Source of the DNA: the human T2T-CHM13v2.0 reference genome, Homo sapiens
Reading direction: 5' to 3' (one strand)
NCBI RefSeq assembly: GCF_009914755.1
Contig: NC_060947.1
DNA: 64,000 nt
Below are positions 17,215 to 28,933 of the stretch, one piece after another. The notes under the pieces are model-generated. The model ran no database searches and was not told the origin of the DNA. It was given only the letters and a program-made list of their open reading frames with translations. How positions within the stretch are numbered: the first letter of the stretch is position 1; every line of letters starts with the position of its first letter. The translations under genes and the position numbers were made by a program.

Positions 17215-18234
17215 GTGAGTGTGCTTATTAAGCAGGTTGGTTGGACTTTTTTCCCATGTATAGGGGTTTCGTTTTCTACCTGGTTCCCGCAGACACAAGG
17301 GCAGCACTTGTGAGCTTGGTGTGTTGCGGGGGCTGCAGAGATGTGGAGACACTGGTCAAGAAGAGATTCCAGGAAATAATTCTGTTGGCTCATGGTCCTG
17401 CAGGACTTGCTTCTTTTCCCCATCTGTTAACAAACCATCTCCCCAGGAGCATAGGCACCAGGCCTGCCTCTCATCCAGGCCTCTGTTTTTCACCTTTCTT
17501 TTATTGTCTACTGTCATCTCTGGTGTACTGGAGGATGAAGAGACTAGCAAACATTGCTCTTCCATATTGTTGTGTGTTGGGGGTTTTGGGCTTCATCATG
17601 GCCTCATAATCTAGTACATAGCCATGTATGTCTGTCATATATCTCCAGTGACCTAGCATATTGGGCCCTAGAAATTCTCTAGTTAAAATCTGATGGCAGA
17701 TTCTACAAAAGTAATTTCATCCTGAAATTTTCTCCCCCCAGTTCCCTCTCATTTCCACTGTCATAAGTGAGGCACTGAGTTCTTAGAAGGAGATAGCGCA
17801 AGTCAGGCTTATTGATGCTCCATGTGGTTGCTGCACTCATTTAGGAAAAGAGCTGCAGTTGAACAGTGTCACAGAGTTGGTGGGGGGAGGCTTGAGTTGG
17901 AGAGTTTGTCACTGATTCACGAGTATGGAATAGCTGGAGATTATAGAACAGAGTGGAACAAGGTTCTAGGCTTGATGTTTAAGGAAGCCAGCAGTCAGAG
18001 GGCATCACTGTAAAAGGAAGGTTTTCCAAAGTGTTTCAAAATGGAGAAGAGGATACATGACAGAAGCCACTTAGGCCTTAAGGTAAAAATAAAAATCTGC
18101 TCTTGTATTGGAACAATAAAAGCCAAACTTTAAATTTTGGATGACTTTGCCTAGGGAGTAAGTCTGTATCTGCCTAAAAATAGAATATTTTTATTTTAAG
18201 TGAGGTGTTAATTTTTTGGGGGGTGGGGGAGGGG

Positions 18235-18514
18235 GACAGGGTCTCACTCTGTTGCCCTGGTTGGAGTGCAGTGGCGTGGTCTTGGATCACCACAACCTCT
18301 GTTGCCTGGGTTCAAGTGATTCTCCTGTCTCAGCCTCCTGAGTAGCTGGAATTACAGGTGTGCACCACCATGCCCGGCAAATTTTTGTATTTTTAGTAGA
18401 GATGGGGTTTCACCATATTGGCCAGGCTGGTCTCGTACTTCTGACCTCAAGTGATCCACCCGCTTTGGCCTCCTAAAGTGCTGGGATTACAGGTGTGAGC
18501 CACTGCGCCCGGCC
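18235..18514 (-). mobile_element. AluS in intron 4
   Basis: Dimeric Alu body. Confidence 0.9.
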
Positions 18515-19175
18515 AGAGGGGTTAATATTTTGTTGTTGTTCATCTGGAGAGATGTGATTCGTTGTGCAAGAATCAGCGTGAGCTGATTGTTCCAGTATGG
18601 TGGGGCTAGAGCAAGGTGTGAGGGCTTAAGAAAAAAGCAAGTGCCCTTTTCTTGATTCCTTTCTCCCTCCAAACTATTGGTCTGACTTTGCCTCCTAATT
18701 ACTGGGTGGAGAAAGCAGTTGTAGCATTAAGCTAGATTTCAAGAATTCCTTCTAGTTGCCAGACCTTCCTAGGGTATGTTTCACTGTAAACTTAGGTTAC
18801 AGATCAAGGGTGATTCATTGTGCATCTAAATCTCAGTCTTCCCTGATGCTTGTGCTTTGAGGTAGTTTTCCTAGTCTTTTTCATTTTATGGCACATACAG
18901 AACATGAAGATATTTGTATGCTGCCCCAGAGTAAAGTGATGAGGCTGCTGGTACAACTGCCCCAGGCCTCATCTGGCTGCACTGAGAGCTGAATGTATTA
19001 ATATTTAGGTGTACATGCTATGACACACCAGTTGGACAGGTCTGCTTTAGTGACAGAATTTAACAAGAAGGTAAAGGATGTAGTTCAAATCATGGTTCTC
19101 TGTAGCTTGTGTTCAAATAGTTTGACAGTTTGGTATGAGGGCTGTCTTCACTGAAGCATCGCCTGTCTTGCTTAG

Positions 19176-19353
19176 ATCAAAGGAAGAACTATCCGAGTGG
19201 ATCATGTGTCTAACTATCGGGCTCCTAAGGACTCAGAAGAAATAGATGATGTGACCAGACAACTCCAGGAGAAGGGCTGTGGGGCTCGTACCCCCTCACC
19301 AAGTTTGTCTGAGAGCTCTGAAGATGAAAAACCAACAAAAAAGCACAAAAAAG
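19176..19353 (+). CDS. RBMX2: RBMX2 exon 5 (178 nt)
   Basis: cttag|ATCAAAGGA...AAAG|gtaaag; encodes IKGRTIRVDHVSNYRAPKD...KPTKKHKK. Confidence 0.95.
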
Positions 19354-19783
19354 GTAAAGCATTAAGACTTAAGAGAAGATTCTGGGTGGTCTTAATGTCT
19401 GCTCTTCCTTGCATTCACTGATAGTTGATAATCAACTCAAGTGTGAAAGGGGAAGGTGTGGGGAAGCATAGTTTAATTGGGAAAGCAGGGAGTATCAGTG
19501 GAAGGCTGGTGCTATGGGCAGAATTGTGTCTCTCCCCAAGTTAATATGGTGAAATCCTAACCCTCAGCACCTCAGAATGCGACTGTATTTGGAGATAAGG
19601 TCTTTGAAGAGGTAACTCAGGATGGGAATTACCTTGTACAGCCACTCGACATATCAAAGGTGACAGACATCCAAGTTGGCTTCTCGGAGGCACTCTCCTG
19701 GAGGCCTAGACAGTGGCTGCTTCATGCTGCTGCCAAGGTTGTTCTCCTTATGCACATTCCCCACTTCCTAGCATGTGAAAGTT

Positions 19784-20052
19784 TCTGTCGCCCAGGCTGG
19801 AGTGCAGTGGCACGATCTCGGCTCACTGTAAGCTCCGCCTCCCGAGTTCATGCCATTCTCCTGCCTCAGCCTTCTGAGTAGCTGGGACTAGAAGCACCCG
19901 CCACCACACCCGGCTAATTTTTTTTTTTTTTTTTTAGTAGAGACGGGGTTTCACCGTGTTAGCCAGGATGGTCTTGATCTCCTGACCTCGTGATCCGCCT
20001 GTCTTGGCCTCCCAAAGTGCTGGGATTACAGGCGTGAGCCACCGCACCCGGC
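19784..20052 (-). mobile_element. AluY lacking its 3' end and A-tail, intron 5
   Basis: Begins at tctgtcgcccagg; TSD-like tgtgaaagttt / tgtgaatgttt. Confidence 0.85.
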
Positions 20053-20188
20053 TGTGAATGTTTTTGAACTGTAGCACCTGTGGTTGATGTAACGTATTCA
20101 GAAAAGAAAGGTGCTTTTTTTTTTTTTAAGGGAGTTCTTTTATTTTTTTCCCTTTTCTTATTTACTGCTTCTTTCTTTTATCCTCCAG

Positions 20189-20676
20189 ACAAAAAGGAAA
20201 AAAAGAAAAAAAAGAAAGAAAAAGAGAAAGCCGACCGGGAGGTACAGGCAGAGCAACCATCCTCTTCGTCACCCAGACGCAAGACAGTAAAGGAAAAGGA
20301 TGACACTGGCCCTAAGAAGCACAGCAGCAAGAACTCAGAGAGAGCTCAGAAGTCAGAGCCCAGGGAGGGGCAGAAGCTCCCCAAATCCAGGACGGCCTAC
20401 TCTGGTGGAGCAGAGGACCTAGAGAGGGAGCTGAAGAAGGAGAAACCCAAGCACGAGCACAAGTCCTCAAGCAGGAGGGAGGCAAGAGAAGAAAAGACCA
20501 GGATTAGGGACAGAGGGCGGAGCTCAGATGCACATTCTAGCTGGTATAATGGGCGTTCTGAAGGGCGTAGTTATAGAAGTAGAAGTAGGAGCCGAGATAA
20601 ATCCCATAGGCATAAAAGGGCCCGACGCTCCCGGGAGCGGGAGTCTTCGAATCCCAGTGACCGTTGGCGTCACTGA
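20189..20676 (+). CDS. RBMX2: RBMX2 exon 6 coding part; Lys-rich and RS-rich C-terminus
   Basis: Long pyrimidine tract ctccag|AC...TGA. Coding exons sum to 5+116+52+130+178+488 = 969 nt = 322 aa + stop, ending RSRERESSNPSDRWRH. Confidence 0.95.
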
Positions 20677-21149
20677 AGACTTCAGCTGCACAGTAGATTT
20701 GGAAATAATTATGTTTTTTAAATGCAGTCAAATTCAGTTGGGTGGTTACTATTTTTGTATCTAAAACTTCTGGGGCTGGATTCTTTTAATCCCTTGACTA
20801 TTTAGAGTCATTGGGAGGGCTGCAGTTTCAACAGCTAGATATCCTGGATATTGTTTGCACCATCCATTGTCCCTGTACCAGAGTATGTATCCTGAACTTT
20901 GGTTCATAAATATGGCTCTTGAACCCATAGACCCCAGTTGAAGATGGAATTTTCAGGAAAGGGAAAATACTAGATAATTCTAGAATTCTAGTCTTCGTGT
21001 TAGATGTTTATAGCCCAGCATCTTGGGACCTTTCCAGTTACTAGGTTTGGACAGCTTGATGTGAACGAATGGGATAGGATTTTTAAAATCAGCCAGCTCC
21101 ATGCCCAAACCTTCCTGTTTGCAGAACTTTTTAATGTCTTTTCTTTTTC

Positions 21150-21155
21150 ATTAAA
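21150..21155 (+). terminator. Candidate RBMX2 polyadenylation signal ATTAAA
   Basis: First AATAAA/ATTAAA hexamer I found after the stop codon; followed by U-rich sequence. Confidence 0.55.
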
Positions 21156-21214
21156 ACTTTTTTGTTCGATATGCCTCTTTCCACATTTTTTCCTTGCAAT
21201 GTATTTATTATTTA

Positions 21215-21524
21215 TTTGTATTTAGGTGAAATTCACATAACATAAAGTTAACCATTTTAAAGGGAACAATTCAGTGGCATTTGGTACTGAACATCCACAG
21301 TGTTGTGTAACCATTGCCTCTGTCTAGTTCCAAAACATTTTTTATCATCCCAAAATGAAACCCTGTAGCCATTAAACAAGAGCTCCCCGTTTCCTCCCTC
21401 CTCCCTGTCCCTAGCAACCACCAGTGGACTTCCTGTTTATGGGTTTGCCTATTCTGGATCTTTCATAAAAATGGAATTACACAATTGTGGCCTTTTGTGT
21501 CTGGCTTCTTTCACTTAGTGTAGT

Positions 21525-21562
<38 letters not shown>

Positions 21563-22000
21563 GAGATGGAGTCTCACTCTGTCGCCCAGACTGGAGTGCA
21601 TTGGTGCAATCTCAGCTCACTGCAACCTTTGCCTCCTGGGTTCAAGCCATTCTCCTGCCTCAACCTCCTGAGTAGCTGGGATTACAGGCATGCACCACCA
21701 CACCTAGCTTATTTTTGTATTTTAGTAGAGATGGGGTTTCACCGTGTTGGCCAGGCTGGTCTTGAGCTCCTGACCTCAAGTGATCTGCCTGCCTTGGCCT
21801 CCCAAAGTTCTGGGATTACAGGCGTGTGCCACCACACCTGGCCTAATGTAGTGTTTTTGAGATCCATCCACATTGTAGCATGTATCAGTACTTCATTCCT
21901 TTTTATGGCTGTATCATATCCCATTGTATTGATAGAGCACATTTTGTTTATGCACTCATCAGTGAGTGGACATGTGGGTTGTTTCTACTTTTTGGCTAGC
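21215..22000 (-). mobile_element. L1MB-type 3' fragment with an Alu nested at ~21527-21843
   Basis: aggtgaaattcacataacataaagttaaccattttaaag L1MB-like end; ORF2 remnant [20 protein letters not shown]. Confidence 0.7.
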
Positions 22001-22694
22001 CAGCTTCCTTTTTGTATTCCAGACATACCAGGCTACCTTTTAGCCTTTGTCCTCTTTTCAAGTAGCCACTGTTGGTGGGATGGGAACCCTTTGCCATCTT
22101 CATTGTCTGTCCTGGTCTGCCTGGCAGTTCCTTCTTCTTTTGAGTTTTAGCTTTCTCCTTTATCTATCAGTCTCTTAACGAGTTTGGTAGGAACTAGGTC
22201 ACAGGACCTTTAATAAATACTCCCTGGTAAATTATGAAAGGTTGAATTTCTGACCCTGCAAAATGAAAGACCAGAGCTTTAATAGTGAGTGCACTAAGTT
22301 GGACTTCCCTTTGTGTTAATTTGGACCCTCGGTTAGACATGCAGGAGAGTTGGAGAGTTTGTGGGGGATGTAGTAGGGGAGGGTCGAGGAGTCTGGGAAA
22401 GCTGTCAGACTATGATACAGATCTAACCTCTGGAGAAGAAATAGGAAGGAGGGGTGGGTAGGAAAAGTCTTGTGCAGTTCTAAGATGGTTTCAGCTAGAC
22501 CAAAGTGAGTTGAGCCAGAGTCACCTGTCAGAGGAGCCCTGCTACATCAGCCATCATAAGCAGTTCATGCTATTGCCTCTTGGCCTCCATCTCAGCCATC
22601 GTGGCTGCTGTGCTCATGTGCCCATTATGCCATTGCTGTGGTAGCCAGTGACAAAGGCCTGTGAACCGGGTTAAGTCATTTCGTCTGCTTGCTT

Positions 22695-23281
22695 TTATAT
22701 GTGGCAAGGAATTGGATCACACAATTATGAGGGCTGGTTAGGCAAGCCTAAAATTCATGAAACAAGAGCTGACACTGGTGGGATTTCTTCAGGGAAATCT
22801 GTTTTCCTCTTGAGGCTTTCAACTGATTGGTTGAGGCCCACCCACAGTATCAATGGTAATCATTACTTAACTGATCGTAGATGTTAACCAAATCTACAAA
22901 ATCCACTACTCCCCCGTTATCAACGGGATATGTTCCAAGACCCCCAGTGGATGCCTGAAACTGGCTAATGCTGAACCCTACATATACTATGTTTTTTCTG
23001 TACATATATATGATAAAGTTTAAATTATAAATGAGGTACAGTAACAACAATAACAGTAAAACAACAGTTATAACAATATACTGTAATAAAAGTCATGTGA
23101 ATGTGGTGTTTCTCAAAATATCTCACGTATGTGATATTTTCCGACAACGGTTAACCACAGGTAACTGAAACCACAGATAAGGGGGGATTACTGTACCTTC
23201 ACAGCAACACCGAGTAGCGTTTGATTGAGCAACTGCGTACTATAACCTATGCTGAGTTGACACACAACAGTAACCATCACA
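22695..23281 (-). mobile_element. MLT2-type LTR nested in the ERVL remnant
   Basis: ctttcaactgattggttgaggcccaccca and terminal aaccatcaca are MLT2 hallmarks. Confidence 0.7.
22905..23195. mobile_element. MER44/Tigger7-type DNA transposon nested in the MLT2
   Basis: TIR-like ends ctactcccccgttatc / gataaggggggattactg; internal gttccaagacccccagtggatgcctgaaac. Confidence 0.7.
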
Positions 23282-23328
23282 GTTTACTATCTTGTCTGTG
23301 GAGGGGTTCGGGGGAGCAGCTTCAGAGG

Positions 23329-23440
23329 TTTCCACATGGCCTTCCTCACTATGACAGCTCTCACTCCAACAGACTAAGGAGCCTTTTCCACATGGCCTTC
23401 CTCACTATGACAGCTCTCACTCCAATAGACCAAGGAGCCC
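23329..23440. repeat. 56-bp tandem duplication
   Basis: tttccacatggccttcctcactatgacagctctcactccaa.. at 23329-23384 and 23385-23440, 3 mismatches. Confidence 0.9.
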
Positions 23441-25589
23441 TGGGGGCATTCATTACTCCTACTGCCAGGTCAATTCCAGTTACACACTTAGGGCTAGGAA
23501 ATGACCACTGGCTGGGTCAGCAGCAGGCCCACCGTGAATCCTGTTTTGGCCAGAATTTCAGTTATCACTTGGCCTCCATAAGCCCCCAGTCTAACCAGGG
23601 CCGTGATGATGCTTCCTGTCTCTAGGTATCAGTCAACTTAGATCTTGGGTCCAGTGTTCCGCCAAATGTTTGAGTATTCTCTCCCCAGTGTACATATACC
23701 CAAGTAAGTGGCTGTAGGTCCCTTTGGGGAAGTACTGGGCAAATCATTACATACTAACCATTGTCCTTCCCAGGGATCCAGCCACCTCTTTCCAGACCTG
23801 AAAACTGGCTGAAGTATGGCAGCTAAGCAAGAAAGTAGGACTTTTTATTGGGGCAAGCTCCCTTAGCCTCCTGCTCCTCCACTCCTCTTCAGCTTGTAGA
23901 TAGGGAGCAACACGCTTTTTGACTTGCTCCTAGGGACACCATGTTCCATTAGCCATCTCCAGAACTCCCTGAAGGTAAAGCCCCCATGGCTGTCCTTCAG
24001 ACCTTGTGGTTCGCTCTGGTATTTGTGGCCTCCTGCCTTCTGGAGGTTAAGCACTTCTGTCTGGTGTCTCTTACTCTGGGGCCCCATCATCCCCTTTGAC
24101 ACTGATGAGCACAGCTCTGTGATGGTCTCTCACTGTCAGCCTTGGCGTGCAGAGGTGGCCACCTCTGAACTTAATGATGCTGGTGTCCCTCTCACCAGTG
24201 CCTTCCTGCTGACCTCAGTGCATGAGGTCTCCCCTGCCCCCCCATGGAATACTGTCTTCTGGTGGGCTTTTGACTTCATGTAATCTGTCCACCCCAGCAT
24301 GCCCACTTCCCTTCATTCCTTCCTCTGCCATCTGCCAGGGCAGCTTAGGTGTTTCTACTTGGCCCAGCATTGGCCATCGCTTTCACTGGGCCTTTGAGAT
24401 CCATCTTATTAGAGGCTGCTCACCCGCTGTGGGCCTTGCCAGGAGGTTAAATTGTATATCCTGAGAAAGGGCTCCCAAGTCTGAAGTTTTGCTTTTCTGG
24501 CTCTCTTGATATAGTACCTGTGAAATCCAAACCCAATACTTCCTTGACTTCTGCTAGCCTATGCCAGCTAATTTTTGCAGCTCTTTGGTGTATGTTCCCT
24601 CCTTTATTAGGGCCAGTACTTTCTTAGCCAGTTTCTGCTGGGATTAAACCCTAGTTACCAGTTTAGTAACCAGAGAGAGAAAGAGAGGGGCTGGGGACAG
24701 CTGTGAGTGAGGCACTGGTTGCCTAGTGTGGGGAGCAGCGTCTGCAGCATCTTCTGGCACAGGGGAAGTGCTAGCTCTTAGTAGGGAAGCGTGGGCCCCT
24801 CTGCAAACTGACAGTTGAACCAGTGTGTTTGCAGAGCCAGCACCCTCAGAGGCATCTGCCAGATGTTCCCATCCCAAGTCTTTCCAACCACATGAAGTCT
24901 TGTGGCCCTGACTTCAGCAGAACGGATCTGCTATGTGATAAATATTGACCGTTACATCTCTCTGGACTTGGGCAACTTGATCACATCTTCTCTTTGGCTT
25001 AGCCATATCCATTCCTCCACTGCAGGAGATCAGGGCCTCTTTGTAAGCTCCATGGAAGCCCTTTGGCTCTCATGAAACAGCGTTTAGTTGCTTGTTAACT
25101 GTCACCCATTTCTCATTACCTGTTGCAGGGCATCAAGACAATTTAATAATACTCTTAAGTTATCTAGCCATTTCCACTGTCTTTGCAGGCCTTATCCCTC
25201 CCAGATTTTCAAAAGTCTGAGCCAGGATACCTGCAAGGCCATTCTCCCAGTTTTCCCAGGTTATCTCCACAGACATCTTTAGCAGTTGGACTACCACCCT
25301 GTGCCAGTGTCCATTTTACCAAGCAGGCAGCGAAGCCATCCCAGAACCCCATCTCGCCATTGCCTGTATTCTTGGACCACCACCAGGACCATTCATGTTA
25401 GTTTGGGTTCTCTGAAAGGCAGATGCCAAGATGAGATTAGATGTATGAGAGATTTACCAGGGGAAACTCCCATAGGGAAAATGGGGAGGGAGTCAGAGAG
25501 AGCCTAGATAGATGCACATCTAACCCCTGTGGAGGACAGAGAGAAGGAAGGGTGGGTAGGAAAAGTCTTAGACTACGGGGTGCAGTTCT

Positions 25590-25722
25590 CAAATTTGTTT
25601 TTATTTCGTTTCATTGTAAATTGACAAATTATAATTGTACGTATGGGGTACAAAATGATGTTACGATTTATGAATCATAACACCATTTGTGGAATGAATA
25701 CATCAAGCCAATATTCAAGTGA
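25590..25722 (-). mobile_element. L1MA 3' fragment inserted in the ERVL LTR
   Basis: TSD tgcagttct at 25581-25589 and 25723-25731, followed by AA (L1 endonuclease-type site). Confidence 0.7.
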
Positions 25723-25891
25723 TGCAGTTCTAAGGAGGTTTCAGCAAAACAAATGTGTTTCTCAGGAGGGACGGTTCACCACGGGCCCTGAGTGCCCCTG
25801 CACGTTCTTGGCGAGTATCTTAAACTAATGCGGAACCATTGCTGCAGATAGTCACTGTAAGGAATTTAAAATTGTATTAGTCTTGTTCAGA

Positions 25892-25990
25892 CTGCTATGT
25901 AACAGATATTGACTGTTACATCTCCCTGGACTTGGGCAACTTGATCACATCTTCTCTTTGGCTCAGCCATATCTATTCCTCCACTGCAGG
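25892..25990. repeat. Direct copy of 24928-25026
   Basis: 99 bp ungapped, 7 mismatches, all transitions. Confidence 0.9.
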
Positions 25991-26250
25991 CTTCAGAAGC
26001 AATGGTAGGCCTGTGACCAACAAATGACCCCATGTGGGCTATGAGCCTACATGGAGAACAAACACCCACTAGTCCTGAGAAACTTCAGATAAGAAAGGGA
26101 GTATGCTGTGGAACTTCTCAAACCTCGAGAATCTGGCCAGTTCTCTAGGTTTCAGAACATCCTGAGACACACAAAGTAAAACCTTAAGCATTATTGATTA
26201 AACTTTCAGAGCTGCACATTTGCACGTTAGCTGTTAATTTTAGCTAGGGT

Positions 26251-26369
26251 GAGCAACACCCTTGTTGACTATTGCTCCTAGGGACACCATGTTCCATTAA
26301 CCATCCCCAGAACTCCCTGAAGGTAAAGCCCCCGTGGCTGTCCTTCAGACCTTGTGGTTCGCTCTGGTA
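26251..26369. repeat. Direct copy of 23905-24021
   Basis: Core 98 bp with 3 mismatches, plus a 19-bp extension with 2 mismatches and a 2-nt indel. Confidence 0.9.
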
Positions 26370-28414
26370 ATATAAGCTGGGACCCTCCAATTGCTCTCTG
26401 AAGTCTCACCCATGGAGTGGACACACTGCCGGGGACCTGTTCCAACTAGGACTCCAGATGTCTGTATCCAGGACTTCCCAGCACTGCTTGATCTGGGTGT
26501 AGGTATTCTCCCCAGTTTGTTGAAAAAAAAAACAAACAAAAAAACCCGTATTTTCCTTTTACTTTTCCCTTTTCTCCTACTTTAGCTTTTGCTAAGTTAA
26601 CTATTATACTCTTTTGTTATGTTGATCATTAAACTTTGAACTGCATTTGAGTGTAATATTGCAGTTTCTTTTGCTCGTGAATCCTCAAACCCAAAATGAT
26701 GAAAGTAAAACTTTCAGCAAAACAGTCACATAGGCAACCAAGTAGGGCAAGGTGACCACAGTCTGACTACTATTTAACTGCTCACTTCCCAGGGGAGGGG
26801 CATTGGCCACTTTGCTCATTACCCAAAAAGTCCTGAGCCCCTTGATCCTAGGTTCCTCAGCTGTGATTCAACTGCCTGTATGCGTAGCGTCCATCTGAGC
26901 CTGTTGCATTGTCCCGTGGCACTTGGGGGCAGGGGAACTGGAAAAACCATACTGATGCTCATGTTGCTTGCTGTGTTGTAATAAACTGTCTTGTTTGAAC
27001 CCATTAAATTTCACTGTCTATGTTCTACACCTATGATGAAGAAATGGCAGGTTTTTTTCTGGTCATTCTCTATGAGATGGGGGCTCTTCCTTGACAGCAT
27101 CCCTGACCCAAAGTCATGCGTTAGGGGAGTCCTTTGCTTCATAGAAATGGCCTGACTTAGTGTCTCTGCCACACCAGGAGATGCCTGTAGAAAGTTTGGT
27201 TTTGGTGAAAATGCAGTGATGCATGGTGAGTTTCAGCCACTTTGGATTTCAGCTGCAGTAGTGTTGAATTTCAGAGCTCAGTGGTCAGCTACGCTCCCTG
27301 CAGTCAGAGGTCTGAGGGGCACAGATATATCTTGCTCTAGGCCCAGCCTGAAACAACTCACTAGTCATTGACTTTAATTAACCTTTGGGAACTGTGAATG
27401 TTTACTTGTTCCTTTCATGAGTTGACTTCACAGAGGACATTTGGAATTCATTAGTGGACAAATTGCTAGTGACCTCAAACCTAAACAGCCACATTGAGTG
27501 AAGTGCTCATGAAGAATGCTTTTTAGTTTTTAGCATATCAATATTTTTTTTTGATGTGGCCTAATTAACACCTGAATCTGTCAGTCTCTTTTTTTGTTTG
27601 TTTTTGTTTTTGTTTTCTGCTTCCTCTAACGTATTGAGACATGTACCTAGTAAGTACCTGTCTTGGTAGTTTATGGACTCATGAATCCTAAGTTGGAAAT
27701 AATCCTTATCTGGTACAGGCCATTCCTTCTGCAAACATGTTTTGAAGCTCTTTGAAAGAAGTAACGTGGTCATCATCTAAATGGGTATTCTAATGAAGTG
27801 GAAAGTGCTCCCCATGGTGCTGTTATGACCAAAGAATAAAGTCAAGCATTTCCTGGTGTCTTTTATCTGAAAATGTAAACTTAGAAGATATAATTTGAGG
27901 AGTGACTATTTGCACTATGAATGATTTAACCTAGACTTCTTCCTCAACTCAATAAGTGGCCCCTGAGTTTTGCAAGTGTTACTGGAAACAGCACAAAATA
28001 GATGATAAGAGCAGGTCATATTTTTCAACAGGAAATAATGAACAATTACATTTGTGATAAGCATTTGGTATTCTATAGCTGAAGGATGATCAATAGTAAG
28101 TCATCAAAGATACATTGGTCCCTAGATGGATCATTCAAAATACTGAAGTTATGTGTCAGGGGCTATAAAGTGGCAAAACCATAGGACACATGTGAATTGT
28201 GTTACTCTAAACTATATGCTTGTCATACAGATGTATAGCCATTGGGATGTATATTTAATCTCAAAACAATTCGCTCTCTAAAATGAACATCAGTCAAAAA
28301 TTTGGTTCCTTTTTGTTGGCTTAGAATTTAAAAGATTACTTTGGGGATGATTGAAGATGACCTAGCCTCTTTAAAGAAGCTGTTCAAAGAAGCCTGAATG
28401 AATGTTTTCTTTTT

Positions 28415-28933
28415 TTAAAAAATTTTTATTTCCATAGGTTTTTGGGAAACAGGTCGTATTTGGTTACATGAGTAAGTTCTTTAGTGGTGATTTGTGAGAT
28501 TTTGGTGCATCCATCACCTGAGCAGTACACACTGAACCCAATTTGCAGTCTTTTATTCCACATCCCCCTTCCACCCTTTCCTCTGAGTCCCCCAAGTCCA
28601 TTGTATCATTCTTACGCCTTTGCATCCTCATAGCTTAGCTCCCACTTACAAGTGAGAACTTAGGATGTTTGGTTTTCCATTGCTGAGTTACTTCACTTAG
28701 AATAATAGTCTCCAGTTCCATCCAGGCTGCTGCAAATGCCATTAATTCGTTCCTTTTTATGGCTGAGTAGTATTCCATCATATGTATATATATATCTCTC
28801 TCGCAGTTTCTTTATCCACTCGTTGATTGATGGGCATTTGGGCTGGTTCCATATTTTTGCAATTGCGAATTGTGCTGCTATAAATATGCGTGTGCAAGTA
28901 TCTTTTTCGTATAATGACTTCTTTTCCTCTGGG
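28415..28933 (-). mobile_element. L1PB-type 3' fragment
   Basis: tttatttccataggtttttggg 3' end; ORF2 C-terminal homology (ORF 28693-28944). Confidence 0.8.

Larger units (their letters stand above)
25856..26724 (+). mobile_element. Unassigned solo LTR nested in the LTR41-like element
   Basis: TG...CA ends, flanking GTCAC direct repeats (25851, 26725), internal TATAA and ATTAAA. Confidence 0.5.
25754..27095 (+). mobile_element. LTR40/LTR41-like ERVL solo LTR nested in the outer LTR
   Basis: TG start with ccctgagtgcccctgcacgttcttg; 3' half ctgatgctcatgttgcttgctgtg..aataaa; ends TGACA; the outer LTR resumes after it. Confidence 0.55.
22300..27330 (-). mobile_element. Ancient ERVL provirus remnant (HERV16/LTR16-like), two LTRs flanking gag-like internal sequence
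   Basis: Homologous LTR blocks at ~22300-22545 and 25397-25750 plus 27100-27330 (shared ggtgggtaggaaaagtctt...tgcagttctaag..gtttcagc). Internal ORF 23863-24102 (REFWRWLMEHGVPRSK) is ERVL gag-like. Confidence 0.65.

Noticed and set aside
20080-20188. N-terminal extension of the 198-aa ORF ([16 protein letters not shown]...)
   Set aside because: It is the intron 5 polypyrimidine tract read in frame; the real exon starts at 20189.
21566-22150. 194-aa ORF downstream of RBMX2 (and the many similar Alu-containing ORFs)
   Set aside because: Alu and L1-antisense translation; no independent coding evidence.
23863-24102. ERVL gag ORF as a domesticated gene
   Set aside because: Only 79 aa are open; surrounding gag frames are broken.
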